Below, in pieces: positions 22,882-34,813 of a DNA stretch of 64,000 nucleotides. The notes under the pieces were generated by a model that did no database searches, was not told where the DNA came from, and saw only the letters and a list, made by a program, of their open reading frames with translations. Origin of the DNA: a bacterium. Lineage in GTDB: Bacteria > Hinthialibacterota > Hinthialibacteria > Hinthialibacterales > Hinthialibacteraceae. Numbering within the stretch: position 1 is the first letter of the stretch; every line of letters starts with the position of its first letter. The position numbers were made by a program, and so were the translations under genes. The stretch spans positions 32,001 to 96,000 of the forward strand of contig CAXXSM010000122.1 of assembly GCA_963663405.2 (NCBI GenBank), in the 5' to 3' direction.

Positions 22882-25021
22882 TTACTCTTGTATTCCCAAT
22901 AAATCCAGGACAAAGGAGTACCGAAACGCGGTTTCGCGGAAACGATTGTAGCGGCCGGACACACCGCCATGACCGGCTTGCATTTTAGTGCGCAGCAGGA
23001 GCCGGTTCGTATCCGTTTTCATAGCGCGTAATTTCGCCACCCACTTCACCGGTTCCCAATACTGCACTTGCGAATCATGCAGACTGGTAGTGACTAACAC
23101 ATTGGGATAGGCTTTTCTTTCCACATTGTCGTAGGGGCGAATAAGACAGCATATAATCATAGTATTCCCGTATATTCGGATTCCCCCATTCATCGTATTC
23201 CTCGGTTGTCAATGGGATACTGTCATCCAACATAGTCGTAACCACATCCACCCAGGGGACATCCGCCACAATCCCTTTAAACAGATCGGGACGCATGTTC
23301 ATTACAGCCCCCATCAATAATCCGCCCGCGCTGCCTCCCCGCGCAAACAACCGGTCTGGTTGGGTATAATGATTTTCAATCAAATGTTTCGGCGCAGGCG
23401 ATAAAATCAGTGAAGGTGTTTTTCTTCTTCAACAGTTTCCCCTCTTCGTACCAATATCTTCCCATCTCCTGCCCCCGCCGCGGATATGAGCGATGGCGTA
23501 AACAAATCCCCGATCGATCAAGCTTAAACGCTGGGAATCAAAATCGGCGGTCATCGTGTGCCCATACGATCCATAACCATACAGCAACAATGGATTACTT
23601 CCATCTTTCTTCAATCCTTTCCGGTACACAATCGAAAGAGGAATTTTGACGCCGTCTTCCGCTTTCGCCCAGAGCCTTTCCGTGGTGTAATTTTCCGGTT
23701 TGAAACCGCCAAGAATTTCCTCTTGTTTGAGTAATTTTTTCTTGCGGGTATTCATGTTATATTCATACACGGAATCCGGCGTTGTCATGGATGTGTATTG
23801 ATAATGCAGAAGCGGGGTATCGAATTTCGGATTGGCATGAAAATCCGCCGCGTATGTGGGTTCTCCGAAATCCAATTCATGTTCTTCCCCACCCTTCCAT
23901 GGAATGATCCGCATGAGAGTCAATCCATCCTTGCGTTCACTCACAACAAGATGATCTTTGAAGAGTTCGAATCCTCGAAGAAAGACATCCGTCCGGTGGG
24001 GGATCAATTCCCGCCAGTGCTCCTTTCCGGTTTGATCAACAGGTGTTTTCATCAAACGGAAATTCTTTGCTTGATCATTTGTGCGGATATAGAAATGATC
24101 CTTATAATGATCGACAGAGTATTCATGATTTTCTTCTCGTGGCGACACAATTTTAAAAACGCCATCAGGATGATCCGCTTCCAAGAACCGGTATTCACTG
24201 CTCAACGTTTGGTGAGACGCGATCATGATGAATTTTTTGGACTTGGTTTTAAACACATAGCAATTAAATTCCTCGTCTTTTTCTTCATAGACTAAGAGAT
24301 CGTTTGATGGATCGGTTCCCAGCTCATGGCGGTAGACTTGATAGAAGCGAAGGGTCTGTGGATGCTGTTTCACATAAAAGAGGGTCTGATTGTCGTTGGC
24401 CCATGCCAGGCTGGGAGTTGTATCTGGGATGATTTCCAAGAGCGTTTCTCCCGTCAGCAGGTTTTTGAAGTAAATTGTGTATTTCCGGCGGCCCACAGTA
24501 TCCATTGGATAAGCAAGGAGTTCTTGATCGAAACTGACCGCATATCCACCGACCGAACAGAATTCATGCCCTTCCGCCAGTTGGTTGACATTCAGCATAA
24601 CAATCTCATCCGTTTCCATCGAATCCTTCCGGCGGCAGTAAATAGGATACTGCTTTCCTTCTTCCATACGTGTGTAGTAAAAATAATCATCCCGCTTGAC
24701 AGGGACAGACTGATCCGTCTCTTTTATACGTCCTTTAATCTCTTGGAATAAGTTCTCCTGAAAATCCTTTGTATGAGCCATCATGGTTTCGGTATAGCGG
24801 TTCTCCGCCTTCGAGAAAGTCGATCACTTCTGGATTTTCACGTTCACGCAGCCAATTAATAAGGGTCGATTCGCGTATGACCATGCGCTTCGAGTTCCTT
24901 TGGTTTGGTTTTAGCCACTGGAGGTTTGATCAACTCCGCCGCATTCACGCAGGTGGTTAGAATTCCACATGCCATAAACACGCAAAAAGCAAAATCCAAT
25001 AATTTTCAAGAAGTCTTCCAT
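22882..25021 (-). CDS. ptrB: Oligopeptidase B (S9A), frameshifted
   Basis: [45 protein letters not shown]. Confidence 0.9.
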
Positions 25022-25106
25022 TGTTATTTCCTTCCAAAGTGTGGGCCTCGTTTTCATGATCCATCGTATCTGCTTATTATATAAAACTTACATTTTCTAC
25101 TAACAT

Positions 25107-26666
25107 TCAATTCACGTTATCCTTACATCGCCGCAGCCAAGAATGATAAAGCGCATCCAGCTGAGCAGCGATTTTGGGATGGTTGGACGAGACGTTGTTC
25201 GTCTCGGTTTTATCTACATCCATATCATATAGTTCCCATTCTCCATCCCACGAAACCAGTTTCCATTGATCCTTCCGGACCGCCCGGCCTTTCGACCATT
25301 TCCAAAACAGCGGCGATTGGCGGGAAGTATCATTCCCCTTCAATATAGGGATGAAACTCTCCCCCTCATAAGGCAGGATTTTCCGGCCATTGTATTCAGT
25401 GGGATACGCAGCGCCGGCCGCCTCAAGCACAGTTGGCATGATATCGATAAAATGACCGGTCCAATGACTCACGCGGCCTTTCTCTTGAACGCCATCCGGC
25501 CAATAGGCGATCAACGGCGTACAGATGCCTCCTTCAATAACTGTAATTCTTATAATAACGGTATGGTGTGTCGCTCACATTCGCCCAGTTCCGGCCCAGG
25601 GACGTCCAGCGGGTCATGGAGCCAATCTCTCCCTCACCAGGAATATGATAGCCTTTCGACACAACCTCGGCGGAACAGCCGTTGTCCGAAGCGAATAAAA
25701 CGAGCGTATTCTCTTCTTCCCCCATCTCTTTGATTTTCGCGAGTACTTTACCGATGTTCTGGTCCATGCGATCGATCATAGCGGCGTACACCGCCATTTT
25801 AAGCGCTTCTTCCTTCTTTTTTTCATCTTCCAAGGAAGCCCATGTTGAATGGCTTGCGGAGGAAAGAGGAAAACGGTCATCGATTAATCCCATCGCCTTC
25901 TGCCGGTTATTGCGTTCGCTGCGGATAGTTTCATACCCACCATCATACCGCCCGTGATATTTATGAATATCCTCCGGCCATGCCATCAGTGGATCGTGAG
26001 GGGCGGTGTAAGCGAGATAGAGGAAGAATGGTTTATCCTCATTCTTGTATTCATCCAAATAATCCAATGCGTATTTTGTAAAGTAATCCGTTGTGTAAAA
26101 ATCACTCTCCGGTGGAGTATACGGCGCGTAAGTCTTCGCATCGATACACCAGGCGCGATTGTTGCGTTTCTGCGCGGGCTGCCCTTCACCCTTCCGGGAC
26201 ATTCCAGGATTAAAATAATTACAGCACCCATCACGTAGACCGAAATACCGGTCGAATCCCCGATTGTACGGATTCTCAAGCCATGATGTTTGCCTGCCAT
26301 AAGCGTACGGTACCGGCGGCGCGTAACGCTTCGGCGATCGTGACGCAATTGTTTAAAACCGCTGGTTTCTGATCCATGCCACACTGCTGGGCGTACAAAC
26401 CAGTCAATAGACAGGCGCGGGATGGAAAACACTTAGCGGTATTATGAAACTGCGTAAACCGGACACCCCTTGAGCCAGCCGGTCGAGATTGGGTGTCGAT
26501 ATTTCTCCCCCATAACAGCCAAGATCCGACCACCCATATCATCCGCTAGGATCAACACGATATTTGGGCGTTTTTTTGTCTGTCGATTAGAGGCGATGGA
26601 AAAAGGCGCAGTCAGTGATAGCGCGCTTGCCCCAATTGTTTTCAGTATGTCTCTGCGTGTTGTCAT
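25107..26666 (-). CDS. Tat-exported arylsulfatase, frameshifted
   Basis: [43 protein letters not shown]. Confidence 0.88.
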
Positions 26667-26901
26667 AATTGCCTCATGGTTACTGATGTTTGAGTATATT
26701 TGGTGAGATGGATTGATGGCAAAGGCGGTTTCAATAGAGTGAAAAGATATTCATCGTTGAATCCTTGATTAAATGGCTAATCCTAAGAAATCAAACAACA
26801 AAATAATAATATAAAAGTAGTGTTTGTTCACGGGCAAGATGCCCGCGTTCCATTTTAAAGATGTCCGGGCGCTATCCTATCGATGTCGATTGGAGAACAT
26901 C

Positions 26902-28368
26902 TCATGGCGTTTTTTTCTTGTAATCCGGATTCGGTTTAGGCATTTTAGCGTTCATTTGTTTCTGCCATCGATGAAGCATTCCTGTCAATTCCCGCGCTTT
27001 TCCCGGCATTTCCTTTGAGAGATCGTTACGTTCACCGATATCCTCTTTCAAATGATACAATTCGATCTTTTCCTTATCGTAGAACTCGATCAGTTTCCAA
27101 TCCCCAGCGCGCACGGAAGCCCCTGGGGTCCATGCGCTGCCATGATAGTGGGGGATAGTGCCAATAAATCGCGTCCCTGGCCAGTGATTCGGCGCCTTTA
27201 AGCAAGGGAACCAGACTGCGGCCGTCACAATGTTGTTCAGGCATAGGATCGATTCCAGCCAATTCAAGCATGGTTGGATAGAAATCCATGCTGACGACCG
27301 GTGTATCAGAAACCACGCCTGGCCTGGTGACACCAGGAGCGCGAATGAGCAACGGCTCGCGAACGCCTCCTTCATAGAGCCAGCCTTTCCCCGCGCGAAG
27401 AGGCAGGTTGCATGTGGGATACCCACGATTGCGCAACGTCGAGAGACCGCCGTTATCGGATGTAAAAATCACAACAGTATTCTCCGCGAGTTGCAATTCA
27501 TCAAGTTTATCCAGTACACGTCCCACATTCTCATCCATCGCGTAAACCATCGACGCGTACTCCGGATTATCTTGGCGAAGTTTGGTCACACCATCATGCT
27601 CTTGAATCTCGCTGGGACCGTCCATCGGCGGCAGCGCATTCGCTTTTGCTTGGAATTTCTCGAGATGCCGTTTGCATGCCTGTATCGGCGTATGGACGGT
27701 GTAAAACGATAGATAAAGAAGAAAGGGCCGCTCGTGAGGACGTTCGAGGAATCGGATCGATTCATCGGTCAGCCGGTCCGTTAAATATTCGCCTTCCGGC
27801 CCATCAGAAAGTTTTGGATTTTTATAGGGCGAATAATAACCATTGGGAGGCGAGCCACGATGATGCCCTCCAAAATTAAAATCGAATCCCTGATCCTCCG
27901 GGAAGAATCCCGTATCACCCAGATGCCATTTCCCAGCGAAAAGACGTTTCATACCCATGTTTCTTTAATGCCTCGGCGATTGTGATCTCTTCCAAGGGCA
28001 GCTGATGAAGATCTGTTGTGCCCAACAATTTTCGATCTTGAGGATCCTGCCCAGGAATCCAATCGGTGATATTCAAACGCGCTGGATACTTGCCGGTCAT
28101 AATCGCCGCGCGTGTTGGGGAACAAACCGGGCAGGCGGCGTAGCCGTTTGAAAAACGCATACTCGACGCGGCCAATCGGTCGAGATTCGGGGTTTCATAA
28201 AACGTGGAACCGTAACACCCCAGATCCGCCCATCCCAGATCGTCCAACAAGAAAGAAAACAAAATTCGGCGGCTTTTTCATCTCTCCCGCCGAAAGAGTT
28301 TGATTCATGGCAAAATACGATAAACCACAGCTGGAAAGTCTCAAGAAATCACGCCGCTTGATACTCAT
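26902..28368 (-). CDS. Tat-exported sulfatase, frameshifted
   Basis: MSIKRRDF start at 28368, [40 protein letters not shown]. Confidence 0.88.
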
Positions 28369-28607
28369 AATCGAATAACCTCAATCGGAGAATCTACGAA
28401 CAATCCTGATCATACCATTCATCCATAGAAAAATGATTTACCCGATTATCTCAGAATCTCCTTACGGCGTCTACCAGCGCTAGAATAGTAGCAAGAAAGA
28501 CTCAACCAAGCAAAACATATTCCAAGAAAAAGCCCCCGGCGCCTTGTTTGAACAGAGATAAAAGATATAATAGTAAAACTTTAGAGTTAAAGAATTCCTA
28601 CAAAAAT

Positions 28608-28684
28608 AGGCGTGTAGCTCAATTTGGCAGAGCAGCTGACTCCAAATCAGCAGGTTGGGGGTTCGAGTCCCTCCACGCCTGCCA
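28608..28684 (+). tRNA. tRNA-Trp (CCA)
   Basis: Acceptor stem AGGCGTG/CACGCCT, anticodon arm GCTGA-CTCCAAA-TCAGC, T-loop GTTCGAGTC, encoded 3' CCA. Confidence 0.97.
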
Positions 28685-28732
28685 CTGAAAACACTAGACT
28701 TACGTTCCCATAACTCACTTTAGGCAATTTAA

Positions 28733-28758
28733 TTTTTGCCCAAATTTTGCCCAAATTA
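28733..28758. repeat. Tandem direct repeat, possible integrase arm-type sites
   Basis: TTTTGCCCAAA TTTTGCCCAAA just after the tRNA and overlapping the integrase relic stop. Confidence 0.5.
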
Positions 28759-29177
28759 TTCCTCCCCATCATTACTTATGTTTCCTTGATGAAGATTATT
28801 GAAGATATTTCCATCATTGGAACCAAGAGTTTTTTCTACATATTTACTGTACACTTTGATGATCATCTCGGTATTTCTATGACCTAAAACACGGGCGATC
28901 CACAATGGATTCTCCCCACAACTCAAAGCGTTAGTAGCGAAACTATGTCGAGTTTGCCTCATCTCTCTAATTTCTAAACCTGCTTTTTCAAGAGTCGGAA
29001 TCCATACTCTTCGACGAAAATTGCTAGGATGAATTTGAGTACCCGTTGGAGTACAAAAGAAATAATCGGCTAATTCGAATCGATCGAAAATCTTCTGTTG
29101 CTCAAGCAAGGATTCTAGCATCACAGGAAGAAGTTTTATCGAACGGCGGCTGAATTTATTTTTTGTATTTCCCTCAA
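28756..29177 (-). pseudogene. C-terminal fragment of a tyrosine integrase, truncated by an IS
   Basis: RQTRHSFATNAL..GENPLWIARVLGH..VY catalytic motifs; N-terminus replaced by the IS end at 29178. Confidence 0.85.
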
Positions 29178-30594
29178 CTCGTAAGGTCAAAAAAGTCGAC
29201 CGAACTATAACCACCCTCGATTAAAAGACTTGTAATAATGACTCATCCATGATTTCGGCCCATTGACATACTGCTTTCCTGCTTCGATTCTATGGCAATC
29301 ACTATGAATCTGGGGGTACGATGAATTTTATTTTTCAGCCATGGCAATTCTTATTGCTCATCATCGCGGGTTGGGTAAATCGAGAGCAGCAACAGGTGAT
29401 CGAGTTTCTGCGGACAGAGGTCGATATACTCCTCGAAGTCCAAGGTAAAAAGCGTATTCTGCTTAACGATAAACAACGGGCTCGGCTTGCGGTCAAAGGA
29501 AAGACTCTGGGGCGGAAAATTTTGAAGGAAATCTCGACAATCTTCACCCCGGATACGATTCTTCGCTGGCATCGTGAACTGGTGGCTCAGAAATGGAACT
29601 ATAGTGAACATCGACAGAAGATCGGACGACCTCCAATCTCACAAGAGGTCATCGAACTCGTTCTCCGTATGGCTCGAGAAAATCCCACCTGGGGCTATGA
29701 CCGGATTCAAGGCGCGCTGGCCAACCTTGGTCATGACATTTCGGATCAGAGTGTCGGCAATATTCTCCAGAAACATGGAATCGAACCGGCGCCGACACGC
29801 AAGCAGCAGACCACATGGTCCACATTTATCCAAGCTCATTGGGACGTTTTAGCCGCCATTGATTTTACGACGGTTGAGATCTGGACAATAGGCGGGTTGG
29901 TTACCATCTACCTGCTCTTCGTGATGGAACTCAAGACACGGCGCGTTCATTTCGCTGGTTGTACCTCCAATCCTGAGGAAGCGTGGATGAAGCAAATCGG
30001 ACGAAATCTAACCGACGCCGAAGATGGATTTCTCAATGGCATGCGTTATGTGCTCATGGATCGGGATGGGATATTCTGTCCGGCTTTTAGAAAATTGTTG
30101 AAAGACGCCGGTGTGAAGCCGGTCCGTTTACCACCGCGGAGCCCGAATTTGAATTCCCATTTGGAGAGATATCATAGATCCTTAAAAGAGGAAAGTTTAA
30201 ACCGAATGATTTTCTTTGGTGAGCGTTCCCTGCGTAATGCGGTTCGCGAATTCCTTGCTCATTATCATCATGAAAGAAACCACCAAGGCCTGAATAACCA
30301 TATCATTGATCCCGGTGAAGAAATCGGGAGAATTTCAGGTGACATACAATCTCGTGAGCGTCTCGGTGGTATGTTACGATACTATTACCGCGATGCAGCG
30401 TAATGCGCTTTACTTCAGTTAAGCCATTCCGAAAGTCTGTCCACCAAACTTCCGATTGTTGACTTTTCACGATCGAAACATACCAAAACTGTACAAGACT
30501 GAATCACACACGATCGAGATTTATGCTAAATGGTGATATCAAGTTATTATTCTACAAGAACTTGATTGTCATTCGAGTTTTTTGACCATACGGG
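29178..30594 (+). mobile_element. IS element with rve integrase-core transposase
   Basis: 22-bp imperfect IRs CTCGTAAGGTCAAAAAAGTCGA / TCGAGTTTTTTGACCATACGGG; no target duplication. Confidence 0.75.
29321..30403 (+). CDS. Integrase-core (DDE) transposase
   Basis: ENPTWGYDRIQG, AIDF, DRDG, SPNLNSHLER, ERNHQG, RERLGGMLRYY. Confidence 0.9.
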   Translation: MNFIFQPWQFLLLIIAGWVNREQQQVIEFLRTEVDILLEVQGKKRILLNDKQRARLAVKGKTLGRKILKEISTIFTPDTILRWHRELVAQKWNYSEHRQKIGRPPISQEVIELVLRMARENPTWGYDRIQGALANLGHDISDQSVGNILQKHGIEPAPTRKQQTTWSTFIQAHWDVLAAIDFTTVEIWTIGGLVTIYLLFVMELKTRRVHFAGCTSNPEEAWMKQIGRNLTDAEDGFLNGMRYVLMDRDGIFCPAFRKLLKDAGVKPVRLPPRSPNLNSHLERYHRSLKEESLNRMIFFGERSLRNAVREFLAHYHHERNHQGLNNHIIDPGEEIGRISGDIQSRERLGGMLRYYYRDAA

Positions 30595-31202
30595 ATAGAT
30601 TGCGACTAGCAGACATAATAGTTCAAATGGCCAAAAAACCAACAACCAATGAGATTGCACGACAATTATTTATTGGAGATCAATATTTGATATTTACTAA
30701 AATCATACAGACGTTTCAAGATGAGGAAAATCTGACTCGAGAAGAACGCCAAAGTTACTATCACCAGTTAGACAAAATCCTTCTATCTGGAATTGAAGAT
30801 TCAAAGACGCGAATTGTCTCGATCCAAATTGATTCTCTCTATAAAAAAGGAGAATTTCTTAATTCAATTCGAACGTTGGTAAAGTTTTATGTTCTTTTTA
30901 ATAATAATCCATCTTGTGTGAGTGGTTTCCCCCAAACATCCACATCTCTTCAAACGATTATTCCAACATTCAAGCACATACTGGATCAAAAAGAATCAAT
31001 GGGAAAAATATCAACGGTTGTTCGACATCTAATCAAGTATAATCATTTATTTCCTGACTGTAACCTTGAATACATAGATTCTTATCTAGACGATATTGCT
31101 ACGAAAAAACATCTCACAGCAAACAAGGAAGATAAAAATGAAATCAATTACTTAAAAAGTCGAGTCAAAATAAAGAAAGAAGAAATGTTAAAAAAGAATT
31201 GA
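30595..31202 (+). pseudogene. AT-rich helical hypothetical protein, 5' end cut by the IS
   Basis: 206-aa open frame whose first codons lie in the IS right IR; no recognised motif. Confidence 0.45.
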
Positions 31203-31619
31203 TTCACGGTACAATGAAGAAACATGCAATAACTTGACTTATTTGGATCAGCAGGAGCATTTGAATAGAAACACACGTTTTTTAAACTATTACTCTATCT
31301 CTCTTCCCTTAGCGCATTGCCAGAATTGCGTGACAATGGCAGCATTAGAAAATGGGGCAGGTAGAAGAAAACCACGAACATACATGAGGAATACACTATT
31401 ACTCCACCCGGAACGTCGGGCTTTCCTCGGATTTGTCATGCCGCTTGTCGTAGAGGCGGGTAGTGGCGATATTGACGTGTCCGAGCCAGGTTTGCACCTT
31501 AGCGATATCGGCTTCGTGTTCGAGGGCGTTGGAGGTGGTGGCAGCTCGCAGGGAGTGAACGCAGAGGCCAGGGAAGTAGATATTTGCTTTCCTACAATAA
31601 TAAAGAACAATCTTATAAC

Positions 31620-31862
31620 TGCACTCACCAGCAGCCTGCAGAGATCATCTACGCGCGCGCCGGTGGCCCAGAGCATGTCGATAAATAATAAATCCCGCCA
31701 GTGGTAGAATTCCGATTTGGCGGTGTATTTTTTCTTCAACCAGTAGTCCTGGATAATTTCCCGTAGCCGCTGGCATTCGGCGAAGGTAATATGCGGAGGA
31801 AGTTCATCCACGTGGGTAGAGAGTAGCGCTGTTGGTCCGATGAGAGATGGGAGTTTGCTCAT
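31620..31862 (-). pseudogene. N-terminal part of a XerC/D-like tyrosine recombinase
   Basis: LPPHIT..E..RL..RDLLFIDMLWATGARVDDLCRL box I, then unrelated sequence. Confidence 0.65.
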
Positions 31863-32041
31863 AGGATCAATATTGGGATTGAGGCGGGAGAACGTGCAAA
31901 ATAGTTAACGGTATAGTAAAAGTGTTAACCAATCATTTTTTGTAGTAATTTTGAATGAGTTCGAGAAAACGTCGATTTCCTCCGTTGCTGAACGCTGTTA
32001 TCGCTCTCCCTCTACGATTACGAAAAACACTATGATGGTTC

Positions 32042-32357
32042 TCATTCCTTTGAGGAATTCAACCCTATTACTCCACCCGACAAGATCCTTTCCAGTTCAC
32101 CCTCAGACGATTCCGGCTCCGGAATCCGCAACCGCGCGACTGGCGATAAATCCAATTCCACACCAAACGCCTTAATCTGTTTCATCGCCGTGTTTGCAAT
32201 CCCAACCGATGGATGCTGTACAGGATAATTTTTCTCCGTCATAATAATCGTTCCATCCTCCTCAAGCCGTTCCACGGCGTCCCGCAACATAGCGCAAGCC
32301 TGACAATACGAAGCCAAAATACCCCGATCGATTTTCGATATAATTCCCAACCTCTTC
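32042..32357 (-). pseudogene. Phage terminase small subunit, P27 family, N-terminus cut by IS1634
   Basis: LGIISKIDRGILASYCQA..G.I......PVQHPSVGIANTAMKQIKAFGVELDLSPVARLRI. Confidence 0.8.
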
Positions 32358-34219
32358 AACGGATCTTCCATCGCCAAAATTACATAACCTCTTGATTTGT
32401 ATAGACTAAGGTCCATTTTAGCCCAAAATGTGTAGCCACTAATATATTTTCATTATTTTTCATATATTTCTATTATTACTATTGATATATTGGGTAATAT
32501 GCGCATAATAGTAGACACTATGTACGTCGACCAATGCCAATACAATCAAAACGGAAAATCCCGCGTCCGCACTCTCTTGCGCACCTCCTACCGCGAGGGC
32601 GGGAAAGTCAAACATCAAACGATCGCCAATATTTCTCAATGCAGTCCTCAAGAAATTGAAGCCATTCGATTCGCCCTGAAACATAAAAACAATCTCGACG
32701 CGTTGAAGAAAAGCGCCTCCCTGCCGGTTTCGACTCAGCAAGGCCTGACCGTCGGCTCCGTGTTTACTCTCCAGCAAGTGGCCAAACGTTTGGGGATCGC
32801 CAACGCCCTAGGCCGCACTCAACAAGGCCGGTTGGCGCTTTGGCTCATCCTCGCTCGAATCATCGATCAAGGCACCCGGTTGTCCGCGGTGCGCTTGGCG
32901 CGGCAGCATGCCGCTTGCGACCTGATCGGAATGGATTCGTTTGATGAAGAGGACTTATATACCACACTGGATTGGTTAGCGGACCAGCAAGAGACGATTG
33001 AAGACCGGTTGTTCCGGCGGAAACAAAAAGAACACACCCCTCATCTGTTTTTGTATGATATCACGAGCAGTTATTTTGAAGGGCAGCAAAACGAGTTGGC
33101 CGAGTACGGCTACAACCGGGATAACAAGAACGGGAAAAAACAAATTGTCATTGGCTTATTAACCGATGAAGAAGGCGATCCGGTGTCGGTTCAAGTGTAC
33201 CGGGGCAATACATCGGATTGTACAACCGTTCTCGATCAAGTGCAGAAAGTGAAAGAGCGTTTTGGTGTGCAGTCAGTCACCATGGTCGGCGACCGGGGAA
33301 TGATTAAACGCACACAAATCGATCAACTGCCGGAGACGTTTCACTATGTAACTGCACTTACCAAACCGCAGATCCGGACCATGCTGAAGAAGGATGTTCT
33401 TCAACTGGAATTGTTTGATGAGGAGGTCTGCGAAGTCGAATGGGATGGCGTTCGCTACATTCTCCGGCGGAATCCAACCCTCGCGGATGAGATGGCTTCT
33501 CAGCGGGAAGAAAAACGGAAAAACTTACAAACGTTCGTTGACAAGCAAAATGAATACTTACATTCGCATTCCCGCGCGTCTGTGGAAAAAGCCAGGGATC
33601 GAGTTGTCAAGCGAATTCAAAACTGAACTGGAGAAATGGATGACTGTCCAAACTGAGGGCCGGGTTCTTCGGTTGCCAATTGATGAAAACGCCTTGGCTG
33701 AGGTCGCACGGTTGGATGGCTGTTATGTGATCAAGACGGACACCCCGGCCGCTAAGGCGTCCTCCCAACAGATTCACAATCGATACAAAGATCTAGCCCA
33801 AGTCGAACACGCGTTTCGCACGATGAAAACTGGATTCCTGGAAACGCGTCCTCATTACGTTCGCAAAGAGAAGCGAACGAGAGGGCATGTGTTCGTAGTC
33901 ATGTTAGCATACAAAATTGTCCGCTATCTCTCGGAAGGATGGAAAGCCTTGGATTGCACGGTGGAAGAAGGCATCAAAGAACTCAATTCCATCTGCGCGA
34001 CGGATGTACTTCTGGGAGACGTCAACTATCAATCCGTTCCCCGTCCCCGGCCCATGGGAAATGACTTGCTACAAGCGATCCAAGTCACCCTCCCTGACGC
34101 AATCCCTTCCCGAGGCGTCCAAGTAGACACTAGGAAAAAACTCACTCCGCGTAAATAATCCCTTTATTTTATTCGACTTATGATATGAAGGATCATGGGT
34201 CTATAATGGAAGATCCGTT
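32358..34219 (+). mobile_element. IS1634-family insertion sequence
   Basis: 14-bp IR AACGGATCTTCCAT / ATGGAAGATCCGTT; flanks are two different truncated genes with no TSD. Confidence 0.8.
32520..34158 (+). CDS. IS1634-family transposase (frameshift near 33620)
   Basis: SYREGGKVKHQT, LYDITSSYFEG, GYNRD, GDRGM, YKDLAQVEHAFRTMK, RTRGHVFVVMLAY. Confidence 0.9.
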
Positions 34220-34811
34220 CTAGAGGCCAGATATATACGCTTGTTTGCTTCGCTAGATCTTCTCCAAGAGCGTGGATCGTGTCTAGTTTGATTTTCCCGT
34301 CACTTTCGCTGGGAGATTCAAGAATGAACCTGATTTTTACGCCACGGCCGATCGCATTCAGAAGCGCCTCTGTAATTCCACGGATATCGTAGACAACATA
34401 TGTGACGATTAATAAGGATTCTGAGGCGCTGTTGATTAAATCGAGAAGGACTTGTTCAGTCCTTCGCAATGACACCCCTTTGGGAGTGGGACCGCTCCAT
34501 ACCAATTCAATGGAGGATGAAGACCTACTTTGTTTGATTGTGGTCCCGGCGGTTCTCAGCGCCCAGGAGAGTTCACCCGGTCTTATTGACGGGTACTCAT
34601 AAATCCAACGCTGTAATAAATTCGTTATCTCTTGCCGCACTCCTGATGGTTGGAAATCTTGAGAAATCGACAAACAGTCATCGGGAAGGGATTGAGGAGA
34701 GATTCGATCCAAAGAGTTACATAGCCTTAAAACGGTCACGAAGGGAATCCGATTCACAAAATTCGAAATATAATTTGCGAATTCTTGTTTCTTCGTCTCC
34801 ATCGATATCAA
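34220..34811 (-). pseudogene. drmC: DISARM phospholipase D DrmC, 3'-truncated before the HKD motif
   Basis: ELVWSGP..RRTEQVLLDLINSA.ESLLIVTY..A..RGV; frame enters IS1634 after YIWPLE; follows drmB. Confidence 0.8.
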
Positions 34812-34813
34812 CC

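Noticed and set aside
31234-31862. Overlapping ORFs 31234-31707 (+) and 31290-31862 (-) as full genes
   Set aside because: They read through a mosaic of segments of different GC content; only the recombinase N-terminal part is recognisable.
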